11,004 nucleotides of DNA from Verrucomicrobiota bacterium (GCA_045046875.1 JASFYY010000103.1:1-11004); one strand, 5' to 3'; shown: positions 1 to 9,392, counted from the first letter of the stretch. A program made the numbers and translations. The notes: generated by a model from the sequence alone, not told the origin.

Positions 1-1
1 A

Positions 2-82
2 GAAGATCGGGATACCTTTATATTGAAACGCGTAAAGCCTAGTAAATCGTTGCTCTCTAAAAAAGAAAAAAAAGCCACTTAA
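2..82 (+). CDS. Possible 3' end of an upstream gene entering the window (..EDRDTFILKRVKPSKSLLSKKEKKAT*)
   Basis: Frame 2 is open from the window edge to TAA at 80-82 and has a Lys-rich tail. Frame 1 (..GYLYIETRKA*, stop 40-42) is an alternative. The product cannot be identified. Confidence 0.3.
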   Translation, partial: EDRDTFILKRVKPSKSLLSKKEKKAT

Positions 83-94
83 GTTGACGCGTAT

Positions 95-176
95 GCCTTA
101 CAGGGCTGAATAAATATTTCACCTACTCAACCCAGGGTTTCACCCCGGGCTGTCACATGGCCGGCCTTTCAGGCCG
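95..176. repeat. REP-like cluster of short GC-rich hairpins
   Basis: GCCTTACAGGGC (95-106), CCCAGGG-TTTCA-CCCCGGG (131-149) and the perfect CGGCCT-TTC-AGGCCG (162-176). The first and last hairpins resemble each other. Only one copy of the cluster is in the window, so its repeated nature is inferred. Confidence 0.55.
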
Positions 177-184
177 CAAAGATT

Positions 185-1180
185 ATGAAATTTAAATTCG
201 TAGCCCTAATATTGAGCATTCTATTTGCCCTGTGCCCGTCAACAAGAGCTGACGAGTTCCGTCCGGCTTTGCTAGAAATCATCGAACGGGATGGCGGCTG
301 GGTGGATGTGACCTGGAAGGTTCCTATGCGTTCGGATAAAGTGCTGGCGGTCAAACCGCTGCTACCTGGATTTCTAGAAGCAATGGGTCCCGGATCCGGA
401 CGTCGTGTTCCTGGTGCTTGGATCGAAACCGCTTCTTATCGTGCGGGGGATAAGACCTTAAACGGATCAACGTTGAAGATGGAAGGTCTTTCGGCTGTGC
501 CGGTGGATGTGTTGGTGCGGATCACCCTGAAGGACGGGACGCAACATTCAACCATCATGCGCTCCGGCAGCACCAGCTACACCATTCCAGAAAAAGTGAC
601 CAACAAACAATTGGCTTTTTCTTATTTACGCATGGGAACCATTCATATCCTGGAGGGGTACGATCATTTGCTGTTTTTGCTGGCGCTGTTGTTGATCGTA
701 TCCGGTTTCCGCAAATTGCTGTGGACGATCACCGCCTTTACCCTGGCTCATAGCATCACCCTGGGGCTGGCAACTTTGGGTTTGGTGCATGTTCCCTCGG
801 CACCTACTGAGGCAGTCATCTCCCTGAGCATTCTTTTCCTCGCGGCGGAGATTATCCGTCTGCGGGCAGGTGAAAAACCGCTCACGGCGAAGTATCCCTG
901 GGTGGTGGCCTTTTCATTCGGGCTCATCCATGGCTTGGGATTTGCCGGAGCTTTATCCGAAATCGGAGTGCCACAGAATGCCGTTCCATTGGCACTGGTG
1001 ATGTTCAATGTCGGGGTGGAAATCGGCCAAATCGCCTTTGTGACCGTGGTGGCGGCACTCATCGCTCTGACCAAACGATTCATCATGCCGAGCCATGAGT
1101 TTACAGGCAAGCTAGTGCCCTATGCGATCGGCGCAGTGGCTACGTTCTGGACGATTGAGCGGACGCTTTCGTTTTTGTGA
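185..1180 (+). CDS. HupE/UreJ-family membrane protein (HupE_UreJ_2 type) with N-terminal exported domain
   Basis: 331 aa with a signal peptide (MKFKFVALILSILFALCPSTRA). The C-terminal multi-TM domain has the family motifs HILEGYDHLLF, FTLAHSITL, FGLIHGLGFAGAL and FNVGVEIGQ. Confidence 0.9.
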   Translation: MKFKFVALILSILFALCPSTRADEFRPALLEIIERDGGWVDVTWKVPMRSDKVLAVKPLLPGFLEAMGPGSGRRVPGAWIETASYRAGDKTLNGSTLKMEGLSAVPVDVLVRITLKDGTQHSTIMRSGSTSYTIPEKVTNKQLAFSYLRMGTIHILEGYDHLLFLLALLLIVSGFRKLLWTITAFTLAHSITLGLATLGLVHVPSAPTEAVISLSILFLAAEIIRLRAGEKPLTAKYPWVVAFSFGLIHGLGFAGALSEIGVPQNAVPLALVMFNVGVEIGQIAFVTVVAALIALTKRFIMPSHEFTGKLVPYAIGAVATFWTIERTLSFL

Positions 1181-1189
1181 GCGTGATGG

Positions 1190-2527
1190 TCAAAAATACA
1201 AGCGCAGACCGCTGTACCACGTCCATCCTGAAAAATTTTCACTTTCGCTTCCGCCTACCATGTCAGCGTATTCGATTCCGGTCATCACTTTGAGTTTGTT
1301 GCCATAGATATACCAGTTCAGTCCCAGGTAGCCGGCTTGGTAGCGATTGCCAAATTCAGAGCTGGAAAAATCCGGCGTTTCGCGTTCGTAGTGCCTTTGC
1401 AAACGCAAGCCATCGATGTTGCTGGAGCTGGCATATTGATAACGGAGCACTACTTGTAATTTGTCTGAATAAATGAACCAGGCTGGTGTCAAGCTGAGCC
1501 CCCAAGCATCGCCTACTTCATCGTATCCTTCGGCGTAGAAGATCTGGGTGAGATTAGATGTGCGCCCTTCCTGAAGATCCATGCTTAATGAATACGAGTT
1601 GCGGTAGGGGCTGGCATTTTTGCTGTTTGCAGTCGAGTTGTGAAGGTAGTAGAAGCGAAAGTTGGCTTTTTCTACATTCAACTTTTCGCTCATATTGTAT
1701 CCCAGTCTCGCTAGAGCAAAAGGGTTGTCATAGGATTCCGTGAAAGTATTTCCAGAGTATCCGCCGATCAGATAAGTCCACTTATCCATTTTCATTTCCA
1801 GGGAAGCTCCGGGACTTTTGGAAGGTGATAATTGATCGACGAGCAGGGAGCGCTCAAGGGTGAGGATTCGACTTGATGAGGTATTGTATTCATCGGAAAA
1901 TCCAGCTTTTTGTTTACCGATTCTTATCTGGAAATTATCAGTGGGGCGCCAGGCAAGGGTGAAGGTGTCGAGTGCATTCACGTCGATGGAGTTATTGCTG
2001 ACTCCGTCGGTTTTGATATTGAAGTTTCCTGCCAGCGTGAAGTTCTCAAAAAAAATGGTTCGCAGGCCTAAGCGGGCACGACGTGTCTCCAGTTGACTGG
2101 CGCTTCCCGCTGAAGAGTCGATGGCATAGGATTCTATTTGGTAGAGACCGAAAAATGATATTTCCTGAATAAAGGGATTATCGGAATTGGAATAAATCAG
2201 GGGATAGGACCACAGGCGGTCAAGATAGGGGTGCTCTGCCTCCTCGGGCGCGCCTGTGCCGGTGATGTCAATTTCTTCATTGGCTTCCCCATAATACTGA
2301 GCACGTCGCATGAGTGGAAACCCTAATGGCGGGCGTATTGCCGAGTTAGTATGATTGGCAGGAGGAGCAAGGTTGGTGGTGGGGGCTCCCTCGGGTTTTG
2401 CTGTTTGTTGAGCCTGGGCTGGGGTAAGTTCCCAAAAAATCATCAAGCAGATCACAAGATGAAATACCCATAATGGGCATTTTGTGATCAATGTTATATG
2501 GCATGCCCGGGTCTGACTTTTGCTCAT
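1190..2527 (-). CDS. Outer-membrane porin, phosphate-selective porin O/P (OprO/OprP)-like; true start may be downstream of 2527
   Basis: Hydrophobic segment ending in AQA-QQ (signal peptide-like). Motifs ETRRARLG, IRIGKQK, SSSRILTLERS and GLNWY, amphipathic beta-strands, and a terminal Phe (..GLRLYF) typical of beta-barrels. Confidence 0.8.
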   Translation of the reverse strand: MSKSQTRACHITLITKCPLWVFHLVICLMIFWELTPAQAQQTAKPEGAPTTNLAPPANHTNSAIRPPLGFPLMRRAQYYGEANEEIDITGTGAPEEAEHPYLDRLWSYPLIYSNSDNPFIQEISFFGLYQIESYAIDSSAGSASQLETRRARLGLRTIFFENFTLAGNFNIKTDGVSNNSIDVNALDTFTLAWRPTDNFQIRIGKQKAGFSDEYNTSSSRILTLERSLLVDQLSPSKSPGASLEMKMDKWTYLIGGYSGNTFTESYDNPFALARLGYNMSEKLNVEKANFRFYYLHNSTANSKNASPYRNSYSLSMDLQEGRTSNLTQIFYAEGYDEVGDAWGLSLTPAWFIYSDKLQVVLRYQYASSSNIDGLRLQRHYERETPDFSSSEFGNRYQAGYLGLNWYIYGNKLKVMTGIEYADMVGGSESENFSGWTWYSGLRLYF

Positions 2528-2750
2528 GAGTAGAAGTGACTAATGTAGGCTAAATCAGCTGCCGGACAAGGAATACAATCGGGAGAAATGCGATTCAAAT
2601 ATAAGGCCGTTTTTACCGGCTGGTAAATATTCAAGTCGTTGACAGTATGGTTATTATTGCCGCGGCTTTAGCTGGTATTTAATGCAATGAGGCGTAGCCT
2701 GTTGGTCAAATTGGAAGCTGCGTTTTGCAAAATTCCAATAGCGAATAAAA

Positions 2751-4253
2751 ATGAAAGATGATCCAGAAAAAAAGCGTCATATCGTCAAGGTTCTCATCAG
2801 CTGGGTGCTGCACTCTTTGCTGATCACTTTAGCGGTGGTGATGACAATTGTCCTGGTATCGGCATTCGCTTCGCGAAATATGCCGACGATTGAAAAGTGG
2901 CATCACCAGCCTTTCAAGAATGAATTTGTCGCGAAGGATCTCACTGAGGATTATGGATTTGAGCAATACCTCGAGCTGGAAGAGTCGATGTTTAAAAGTC
3001 TAGCGGATTACATGCTGGACCCCGATAAGCTTGAAGGGCACTCGCCTTATTCTCGATTTGTCAATGGGGGGTCACAGGATCCTGCACGACAGCCCGTTAA
3101 TTGGAACCGTACGGTTGAATTACTGCCTTCAGGTAAGCTGAAAGGGGGGGTATTGCTGCTTCACGGTTTATCCGATTCTCCTTATAGTTTACGAAGTCAG
3201 GCAGAGTTATTTTATTCACAGGGCTTTTATGTGCTGGTTATGCGTATGCCTGGGCACGGCACAGTGCCTGCCGGATTATTGAATGTGACCTGGCAGGACT
3301 GGGCGGCTGCGGTGCAGCTTGGTGCCAAGCACGTGCGGGACAAGGTCGGAGGCTCATTGCCATTTTATATCGGTGGATATTCGAACGGCGGAGCTTTGGC
3401 GGTTCAGCACAGTCTGGCAGCAGTGGTCAAGGGGGAACCTGTTCCTGACCAGTTATTTCTTTTTTCTCCGGCGATTGGAATCACGGGTTTTGCCCGCGCG
3501 GCCTGGTGGGATTCTTTATACGGTTTCATCCCCTATTTTGAGAAATCAAACTGGCTCGGAATTGAGCTTGAATACGATCCCTACAAATACAATTCGTTCA
3601 CCAAGAACGCGGGCACCCAGAGCTGGGAGCTCGCCAATGAAATCAATGCGAGATTGATGGAGGTTAAAGAGAAAAGGCGCATGGATAGGGTGCCTTTGAT
3701 CCTGGCTTTCCAGTCTGTGGTAGATGCAACGGTTGAGGCCAGGGTTCTGGTCTCCGGCTTGTTTGATCATCTTGAAACCGAGGGCAATGAAGTGGTGTTT
3801 TTTGACATCAATCGCTCAGAGCAAATGGACAGTTTTTTGTCGTTAAAATTTGCTCAAAAGCTCGATGCATTAATGAAGCAGACTGATTTAAAATACACGG
3901 TTACAAAGGTGACTAATCGTGACCGGCAGACTCACCAGATCAGCGCCCACTCCCGTTTGCCAGGGGTGGCTGAATTGGAGGTGGAAGAGCTTGATTTCAA
4001 GTGGCCAGTCGGAGTTTATTCTCTCGCCCACGTGGCGATCCCATTTCCGGCGGATGACCCTCTTTATGGTGGGACGGCTCCCGAGCCGCCTGTTTTCGGG
4101 CTGAATATCGGTTCTTTTCATCCGATTGGAGAGAAACATGTGCTTAAAATTCCGCCGAGTCAGCTGATTCGCATAAGGTATAACCCTTTTCACCCTTATA
4201 TAAATGAACGCATGATGGAAGTGGTGGAGAAGGATTTAGGAGACGGGAGATAG
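2751..4253 (+). CDS. Membrane-anchored alpha/beta-fold hydrolase (esterase/lysophospholipase-like)
   Basis: 500 aa with an N-terminal TM helix, oxyanion motif LLLHGLSDSPY, RMPGHG, nucleophile elbow GYSNGG, and candidate catalytic Asp (SVVDATV) and His (SLAHVAIP). Confidence 0.85.
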   Translation: MKDDPEKKRHIVKVLISWVLHSLLITLAVVMTIVLVSAFASRNMPTIEKWHHQPFKNEFVAKDLTEDYGFEQYLELEESMFKSLADYMLDPDKLEGHSPYSRFVNGGSQDPARQPVNWNRTVELLPSGKLKGGVLLLHGLSDSPYSLRSQAELFYSQGFYVLVMRMPGHGTVPAGLLNVTWQDWAAAVQLGAKHVRDKVGGSLPFYIGGYSNGGALAVQHSLAAVVKGEPVPDQLFLFSPAIGITGFARAAWWDSLYGFIPYFEKSNWLGIELEYDPYKYNSFTKNAGTQSWELANEINARLMEVKEKRRMDRVPLILAFQSVVDATVEARVLVSGLFDHLETEGNEVVFFDINRSEQMDSFLSLKFAQKLDALMKQTDLKYTVTKVTNRDRQTHQISAHSRLPGVAELEVEELDFKWPVGVYSLAHVAIPFPADDPLYGGTAPEPPVFGLNIGSFHPIGEKHVLKIPPSQLIRIRYNPFHPYINERMMEVVEKDLGDGR

Positions 4254-4256
4254 GCA

Positions 4257-5345
4257 ATGCAAAATAATCGTATTCGTGGGTATTTGTTTTCCGTAGGTGG
4301 CTGGGTCGCGGCTGCGGGTTTGTTCATGCTGATTCGTTACATTGGACTGGGTTCAGTTCCGGAGTTCGAGGGTTTCGATTTTAGCCAGATTCAGCATGCC
4401 TATCTTTTTGCCAAGAGTTTGATCCTTGGAGGGATTTTGGGCAGTGTGTTTTATCTGCTCGATCGGGCGCTTAACCGACCGGCGCTTCGGCGCAAACCAT
4501 TCGGAGTCCTGATGATTGTTCAGGCGGTGGGAAATCTGGTTTTGGTCGTGGTTGCCCTGGTAAGCGTGGCTTTACTCGAAATGGCTCGGACGGAGCAAGG
4601 GTTTCAGGTAGCGGGGCTTGTTGATAGGATCATAAGTACTAATTTTTTGGTCGCTGCCACCTATGTCACGGTGGTGAGTTTTTTGTTTGGTTTTTTCAAG
4701 CAAGTGGATCGCAAATTTGGACCGGGAAATTTGTGGAAGCTGTTGATAGGCATGTATCATCACCCGCGCGAGGAGAAGCGCATTTTCATGTTTCTTGATC
4801 TTGAGGCGTCCACCACCCATGCCGAGCGCCTTGGGCATGTGCAGTTCAGCCGATTGATCCAGGATTGTTTTATAGATTTATCGGTGGTTATCGATCATTA
4901 CGCCCAGATTTATCAATACGTGGGGGATGAAGCGATTTTGTTCTGGGATGTCGAAGATGGCTTACGGGATGCCAACTGCTTGCGGGCTTATTTCAGGTTT
5001 GTCGATCAATTGGATTCCCGCAGTAATTATTACCAATCGGAGTATGGGGTAGCCCCGGTCTTTAAGGCGGGGATAAATATTGGCAGTGTCACGGTTTTGG
5101 AAGTGGGGGAGATCAAACGTGAAATTTCCTATCTTGGGGATGTTCTTAATACCGCAGCCCGAATTCAGGGCAAGTGTGGTGAATTGGGCGAGTTGCTGTT
5201 GATATCCGAAAAACTTCACCAACAGCTCACCAATATACCGGATAACTTCACGATGAAATCCATCGGCAGCATCGGGCTACGTGGACGTGAGCAAGCAGTT
5301 GATATTATAAGTGTTAGAAGGCGAGAGCGGAGCGTCGGCAATTGA
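4257..5345 (+). CDS. Membrane-bound class III adenylate/guanylate cyclase domain protein
   Basis: About 4 N-terminal TM helices. Cyclase motifs MFLDLEAST, YQYVGDEA, KAGINIG, GDVLNTAARIQ and LRGR. Starts 3 bp after the hydrolase stop codon. Confidence 0.9.
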   Translation: MQNNRIRGYLFSVGGWVAAAGLFMLIRYIGLGSVPEFEGFDFSQIQHAYLFAKSLILGGILGSVFYLLDRALNRPALRRKPFGVLMIVQAVGNLVLVVVALVSVALLEMARTEQGFQVAGLVDRIISTNFLVAATYVTVVSFLFGFFKQVDRKFGPGNLWKLLIGMYHHPREEKRIFMFLDLEASTTHAERLGHVQFSRLIQDCFIDLSVVIDHYAQIYQYVGDEAILFWDVEDGLRDANCLRAYFRFVDQLDSRSNYYQSEYGVAPVFKAGINIGSVTVLEVGEIKREISYLGDVLNTAARIQGKCGELGELLLISEKLHQQLTNIPDNFTMKSIGSIGLRGREQAVDIISVRRRERSVGN

Positions 5346-5365
5346 CATGCCTGCGCGCCAAATTT

Positions 5366-6739
5366 TTAATGAACTTGGTCGGGCACCAGGGTTTTCCAAG
5401 TGTCATCACCGGCGGCGATCATTTTTTGCACGTCACGGCCGGTGTATTTCAGCAAATCGAAATCGCTGCACAAAATAGGATGGATTTTCTGGTTCTCACG
5501 AAAATACGCATAAAGTTGTTCAAGGTGCTGGGCGACTTTGAAGTTTTCCGCTGTCACCAGTTCGTTGGTGCTTCGGTTCAGCCAAGGGTAAACGTAGAGC
5601 GCAAGTTCGTCTTTAAAAAGCCGTCCGAACGATTCGAGGATGCCTCCGGCTAGATTTTTTGACCATTTTTCTTTAAACAACTCGTTCAACAACCCGATGC
5701 TGAGAACGATGCCAATCGGGCTGGTGGTATTCATGCTTAGATAAGTGGCTATGCGATGAAATTCAGGGCAACGCGATATCAGCACCGTTTTGCCCAAAGC
5801 TTGAAGTGCATCGGCACGATCTAAAAAAGCGAGGTGATCGACTCCGCCTTCGCGTAGCAGATTATTCATCGATATCTCGCAAAGCTCGATGGTGTCTTTA
5901 TTTTGCTCAGCTGTCAGGTGTTTTTTGAACGCCCCTCGTGTCTGACGAATCATATCCAGATGAAGATTGGTCACCGGGTCAAAACTGCCTCGCAGCAGGA
6001 TAATGGGTTTTTTGTATAAAACTTCTGCTGGCTGTACCACCTCACCATTGGGCAGAAACAGCGCAGCATCGGTGAGTCCGCTTTGCACCAGCTGCAGATG
6101 GCACAGGCGGTTGTCGATCATTTCAAACCCTTTGCCGCTGAACTTCAGCATATCCACCTCGACCCGACCTTCGTTCAGGCCGTCCACCAGAGAGTCCACA
6201 AAAACCTTCAGACGGTCGCGATGATAAAATGCCGCGTGCAGTAGATTGACTCCTACCCGGCCGAGAGCTTCCATTTGGTCAACATTTTCGCGATCCAGCA
6301 GTCGCACGTGGATGAGGATTTGGCATGGCTCCTGTTGCGGTTTGAGCTGCAAGCGCACACCCAACCAACCGTGACATTCGGCAGAGTCTTTGTAACCACG
6401 GGCCCGCACGGTATTACAAAAACTAAAAAAAGTGGTATTGTCCCCGCGCCCTCCGGCTAGGCGCTCGAGTAGCAGATCGTATTCGTATTCGAGCATGGCG
6501 CTGACCCGTTCGCGCGACACATAACGCTCAGCTTTGCCATAAATGGCATCGCTCACTGTCATGTCGTAAGCAGAGATCGCCTTAGCTACGGTACCGGCTG
6601 TGGCTGATGCGCGGAAAAACCAGTTGGCGACCTCTTGACCTGCGCCGATTTCGGCGAAGGTGCCGTAGGTGGCTGCATCGAGATTGATACGCAGGGCTTT
6701 GTCGTAGGTTGAAGCGACTTTCTTCTTTCTCTTTTTCAT
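5366..6739 (-). CDS. Conserved cytoplasmic protein with CinA/PncC-like N-terminal region and HIGH-superfamily nucleotidyltransferase-like C-terminal domain
   Basis: 457 aa with no signal peptide or TM segment. N-terminal YGTFAEIGAGQEVA..AKAISAYD..YVSRER. C-terminal LRGSFDPVTNLHLDMI resembles the GSFDPxTxGH motif of CoaD/NadD-type enzymes. Good RBS (GGAG directly before ATG). Confidence 0.7.
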   Translation of the reverse strand: MKKRKKKVASTYDKALRINLDAATYGTFAEIGAGQEVANWFFRASATAGTVAKAISAYDMTVSDAIYGKAERYVSRERVSAMLEYEYDLLLERLAGGRGDNTTFFSFCNTVRARGYKDSAECHGWLGVRLQLKPQQEPCQILIHVRLLDRENVDQMEALGRVGVNLLHAAFYHRDRLKVFVDSLVDGLNEGRVEVDMLKFSGKGFEMIDNRLCHLQLVQSGLTDAALFLPNGEVVQPAEVLYKKPIILLRGSFDPVTNLHLDMIRQTRGAFKKHLTAEQNKDTIELCEISMNNLLREGGVDHLAFLDRADALQALGKTVLISRCPEFHRIATYLSMNTTSPIGIVLSIGLLNELFKEKWSKNLAGGILESFGRLFKDELALYVYPWLNRSTNELVTAENFKVAQHLEQLYAYFRENQKIHPILCSDFDLLKYTGRDVQKMIAAGDDTWKTLVPDQVH

Positions 6740-6897
6740 CTCCAGTGGTGAGTCATCATTGATTCTACGCGAATGCAGTGAGCTGGTTTTTAGCCTGACG
6801 CGTGGTTGCCGAACCTTAGAGAGAGCTTCCGGATTTGCAATCGTTGTTGTGATGAATCTCGAGCATTAGGCTCGCGGCAATTTAGTTGTCGCGGTCC

Positions 6898-8157
6898 TTA
6901 ATTACTGCGGCGCTTGAAGGGGTCATACTCACCGTGTCGGATTAGTGTGACGCCTTGTTTTTTCCAGACTTGACGAATTTCGCTAGCGAGTTGTGGATAG
7001 GTGCGTTGGCGCAGTAAGTGTAACTTTTCGGCTTCAGGGGCAGGAACCCCTTGCCTGATAGCATGAAGATAAGCGGCCAGATGGGCGGCATTGCCTTTGT
7101 CGTCATGGTGAATGAAAAAATGAACCAGCAAAGCCGCACTGTTGTATTCAAGAATGGGGGTGTTGCGTTGTAGGCGGGCGTCCCAGTCGCCGTGTTGACT
7201 GGACATCAAGTCTTCCATTTTCATCATCGGGATGCGTTTAGGGTCTTCGTCAAAGCGCCATTTGTTAAGGTACTGATGCAAGTGCCGGTCGATGGAGGTG
7301 AAACGGTAGCGTCCTTGGGAGTAGGGGGCGGCCCCTATGTATTCGGCAAAACCTTCTTGGAACCATAGCGGTAAATAAGGGAACCAGTCGTGGAGAAGGT
7401 GATGGGTGATTTCGTGTTTCAAGACAAAGGTGTTTTTTATATAATCAGAGCGCGACAAAGTTTTGTCCTTATGGATGCCAAGATTGGTCAGAGACAAAAA
7501 AGTGCGGTTTTTCAGAGGATCGTAAAAACCACCACTGCCTGATGCGGCTCCCGACTGGGCGAAGGATTCACGGTTGTGGTAGAATTGAACCCGCAGCAAA
7601 TCCGGGTCATATTTCAAGGAGGGATACTTATGTTGCCAACGCAGTTGCATCTCGGATGCGGGAGGGCTGGCGGCCAGGCCCAGGGGCAGGCTGTGCAGGG
7701 CGATTCGGGTGGCTTCAAAAACAGTGGCGATGTCAGACACGGCAAATAAAGGCAATTCGATATCAGAGCGCAGTTCGAAATGGGGGCTGCGGTAGATATA
7801 ATCAGAGCTTTGATCATCAGCTGGCATTCGGTGAACTTTGACCGGGCCTTTACCAAGGTTTTGCGGCCATGCGGGCATGGTCTCGGGATCCACCCACGGA
7901 GCTTGTGGATACTGCTTGCGCCAAGTTGCGATGAACTGGCGATCCGCTTCACATAAAAAAGTCAGTGGCAGCACTTTTTTAGAATTGTCTTCCACTCGTA
8001 GAGTTACTCGCAGCCCATCACTGGCCACCAGTTCACCAATGATTTCGCGGCCCTTGATGTCTTTCCAGAAGCGCAGAGGTTCTGTCTCGGAAGCTTGTAA
8101 TGACGTCAGCGAAGTAGCGGCTAACAGCAATAGAACGAATTTCCACCCGGCCATCAT
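6898..8157 (-). CDS. Secreted SHD1-domain, HEXXH (gluzincin/DUF1570-like) zinc metallopeptidase
   Basis: Signal peptide, then an SHD1-like module (RFWKDIKGREIIGELV..VTLR..LPLTFLCEADRQFI). Zinc motif HEITH with a downstream third ligand in PLWFQEGFAEY. The ATG overlaps the upstream stop (ATGA, 8157-8154). Confidence 0.8.
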   Translation of the reverse strand: MMAGWKFVLLLLAATSLTSLQASETEPLRFWKDIKGREIIGELVASDGLRVTLRVEDNSKKVLPLTFLCEADRQFIATWRKQYPQAPWVDPETMPAWPQNLGKGPVKVHRMPADDQSSDYIYRSPHFELRSDIELPLFAVSDIATVFEATRIALHSLPLGLAASPPASEMQLRWQHKYPSLKYDPDLLRVQFYHNRESFAQSGAASGSGGFYDPLKNRTFLSLTNLGIHKDKTLSRSDYIKNTFVLKHEITHHLLHDWFPYLPLWFQEGFAEYIGAAPYSQGRYRFTSIDRHLHQYLNKWRFDEDPKRIPMMKMEDLMSSQHGDWDARLQRNTPILEYNSAALLVHFFIHHDDKGNAAHLAAYLHAIRQGVPAPEAEKLHLLRQRTYPQLASEIRQVWKKQGVTLIRHGEYDPFKRRSN

Positions 8158-9392
8158 AATTTCGGGTAGAAGGTGTAATACACTGTGCCCTCCATTTCTT
8201 CGAAACGCATTCGACGATTGCGGGCTTCCTCGCCCCAGCTCTCGGTGAAAATAATTTCGCCGCGCTTGGAATTATAACCGGTGATCACGGAGGCATGGCT
8301 GAAAGCCTTTTTGTCCGGCCAGGTCGCACGGTCACGGCTGTCCGGCTGGGGCAATAGGGCGCTGGGATCCTGGGCAAAACGGGCGGCAAAGGTGGTGTGC
8401 ACATAATCCCGTTCTTTAGCCCAGCGACGCCAGACAATGATCGGTAATCCGGAATCCAGCACGGCCTGTGCTTTGCGAAAATCAAATTTCGTCGAGCGGG
8501 AGAGGCGCATGTTGGCCTCTCGGCCCGCCGCTTCGTAAACTTCTTTGATTTTTGATCCCTTGGTACTGCCGTAGCGGATGCCGGCGGCCGCGGCATAGTC
8601 CTCGGTATCGAGATTGAGTCCCATGTATTGCATGCTCATTGCCAGCGCCGATACTCCGCAGTAGGCGCGGTCACCCTGTGGGAAAAGGGGGATACTGGCC
8701 AGTCGGCGATCTCCGTTCTCAGCCGTGAATACGTTCTCAGCCAATTGTTTGATCCGGTCGCGACGCTTTAGCTTCACTTTGGCAGGGTCCAGCCAAAGTG
8801 ATTGGGCTTGATTGGCGTCGCGATAAAAAGTGACCTTGACCAATTGCTCGGGAATAGAATAATAGCGCGCGGTTAAATTGCCGGAGGGGAATAACAGAAC
8901 ATTCTGGCGTAGCATGGGAGTCAGGCCGAGGGAGGTCGGGTGCCCTTTAGAGCCGGTCAGTTGTTGCAAACCCTGTTGGACTTTGTTTGAGGTTTCTGTG
9001 TGCAAGGCTTGAAAGCTCTCGCGATTCATTTTTTTTGTCGCGGCGGCTTGCTCCCGGGGTATGTAACCAAAATGAGTGCCCGAGTCTAAAAAAAGCAAGG
9101 TGATCGACTCCAACTTTTGGTCGATGAAGTGGCCTGAAATTTGCTGCGGACGCAAGCCGAAAATAAGAGGTGGTTCAGGCCAGGTTTTATGTGTGATTCT
9201 GGCTATCGCCTTTTGCGGTTGCCACGCGTCGATGAAGTCTTTCTGGTCCCAGATTTCCGGTTTTTTTAGAGCTGAGGGAAGGGGGAAGCCGGTGTCCTTG
9301 GCCTGGATTTGTATTTGCCCAGTCACCAATAGGCTTATGAGCAATGCTGCTCTGGCAAAGAGCCGAGTGATCTGGGAATGGTCGAGATTCAC
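8154..9392 (-). CDS. Secreted papain-fold C39-like cysteine peptidase with N-terminal accessory domain
   Basis: Signal peptide. Catalytic pattern PQGDRAYCGVSALAM (Gln/Cys), SHASVITGYN (His) and FTESWG. The GTG start overlaps the upstream TGA (GTGA, 9392-9389). Confidence 0.8.
   Translation of the reverse strand: MNLDHSQITRLFARAALLISLLVTGQIQIQAKDTGFPLPSALKKPEIWDQKDFIDAWQPQKAIARITHKTWPEPPLIFGLRPQQISGHFIDQKLESITLLFLDSGTHFGYIPREQAAATKKMNRESFQALHTETSNKVQQGLQQLTGSKGHPTSLGLTPMLRQNVLLFPSGNLTARYYSIPEQLVKVTFYRDANQAQSLWLDPAKVKLKRRDRIKQLAENVFTAENGDRRLASIPLFPQGDRAYCGVSALAMSMQYMGLNLDTEDYAAAAGIRYGSTKGSKIKEVYEAAGREANMRLSRSTKFDFRKAQAVLDSGLPIIVWRRWAKERDYVHTTFAARFAQDPSALLPQPDSRDRATWPDKKAFSHASVITGYNSKRGEIIFTESWGEEARNRRMRFEEMEGTVYYTFYPKL

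Noticed and set aside
4257..5345. Pycsar-type anti-phage cyclase system
   Set aside because: The cyclase is TM-anchored and there is no adjacent cyclic-nucleotide-binding effector gene.
6740..6897. Riboswitch or terminator upstream of the nucleotidyltransferase-like gene
   Set aside because: Only short imperfect hairpins are present (e.g. CGAGC-ATTAG-GCTCG, CGCGGCAA-TTTAG-TTGTCGCG), with no U-tract and no recognisable aptamer consensus. An Rfam search would be needed.
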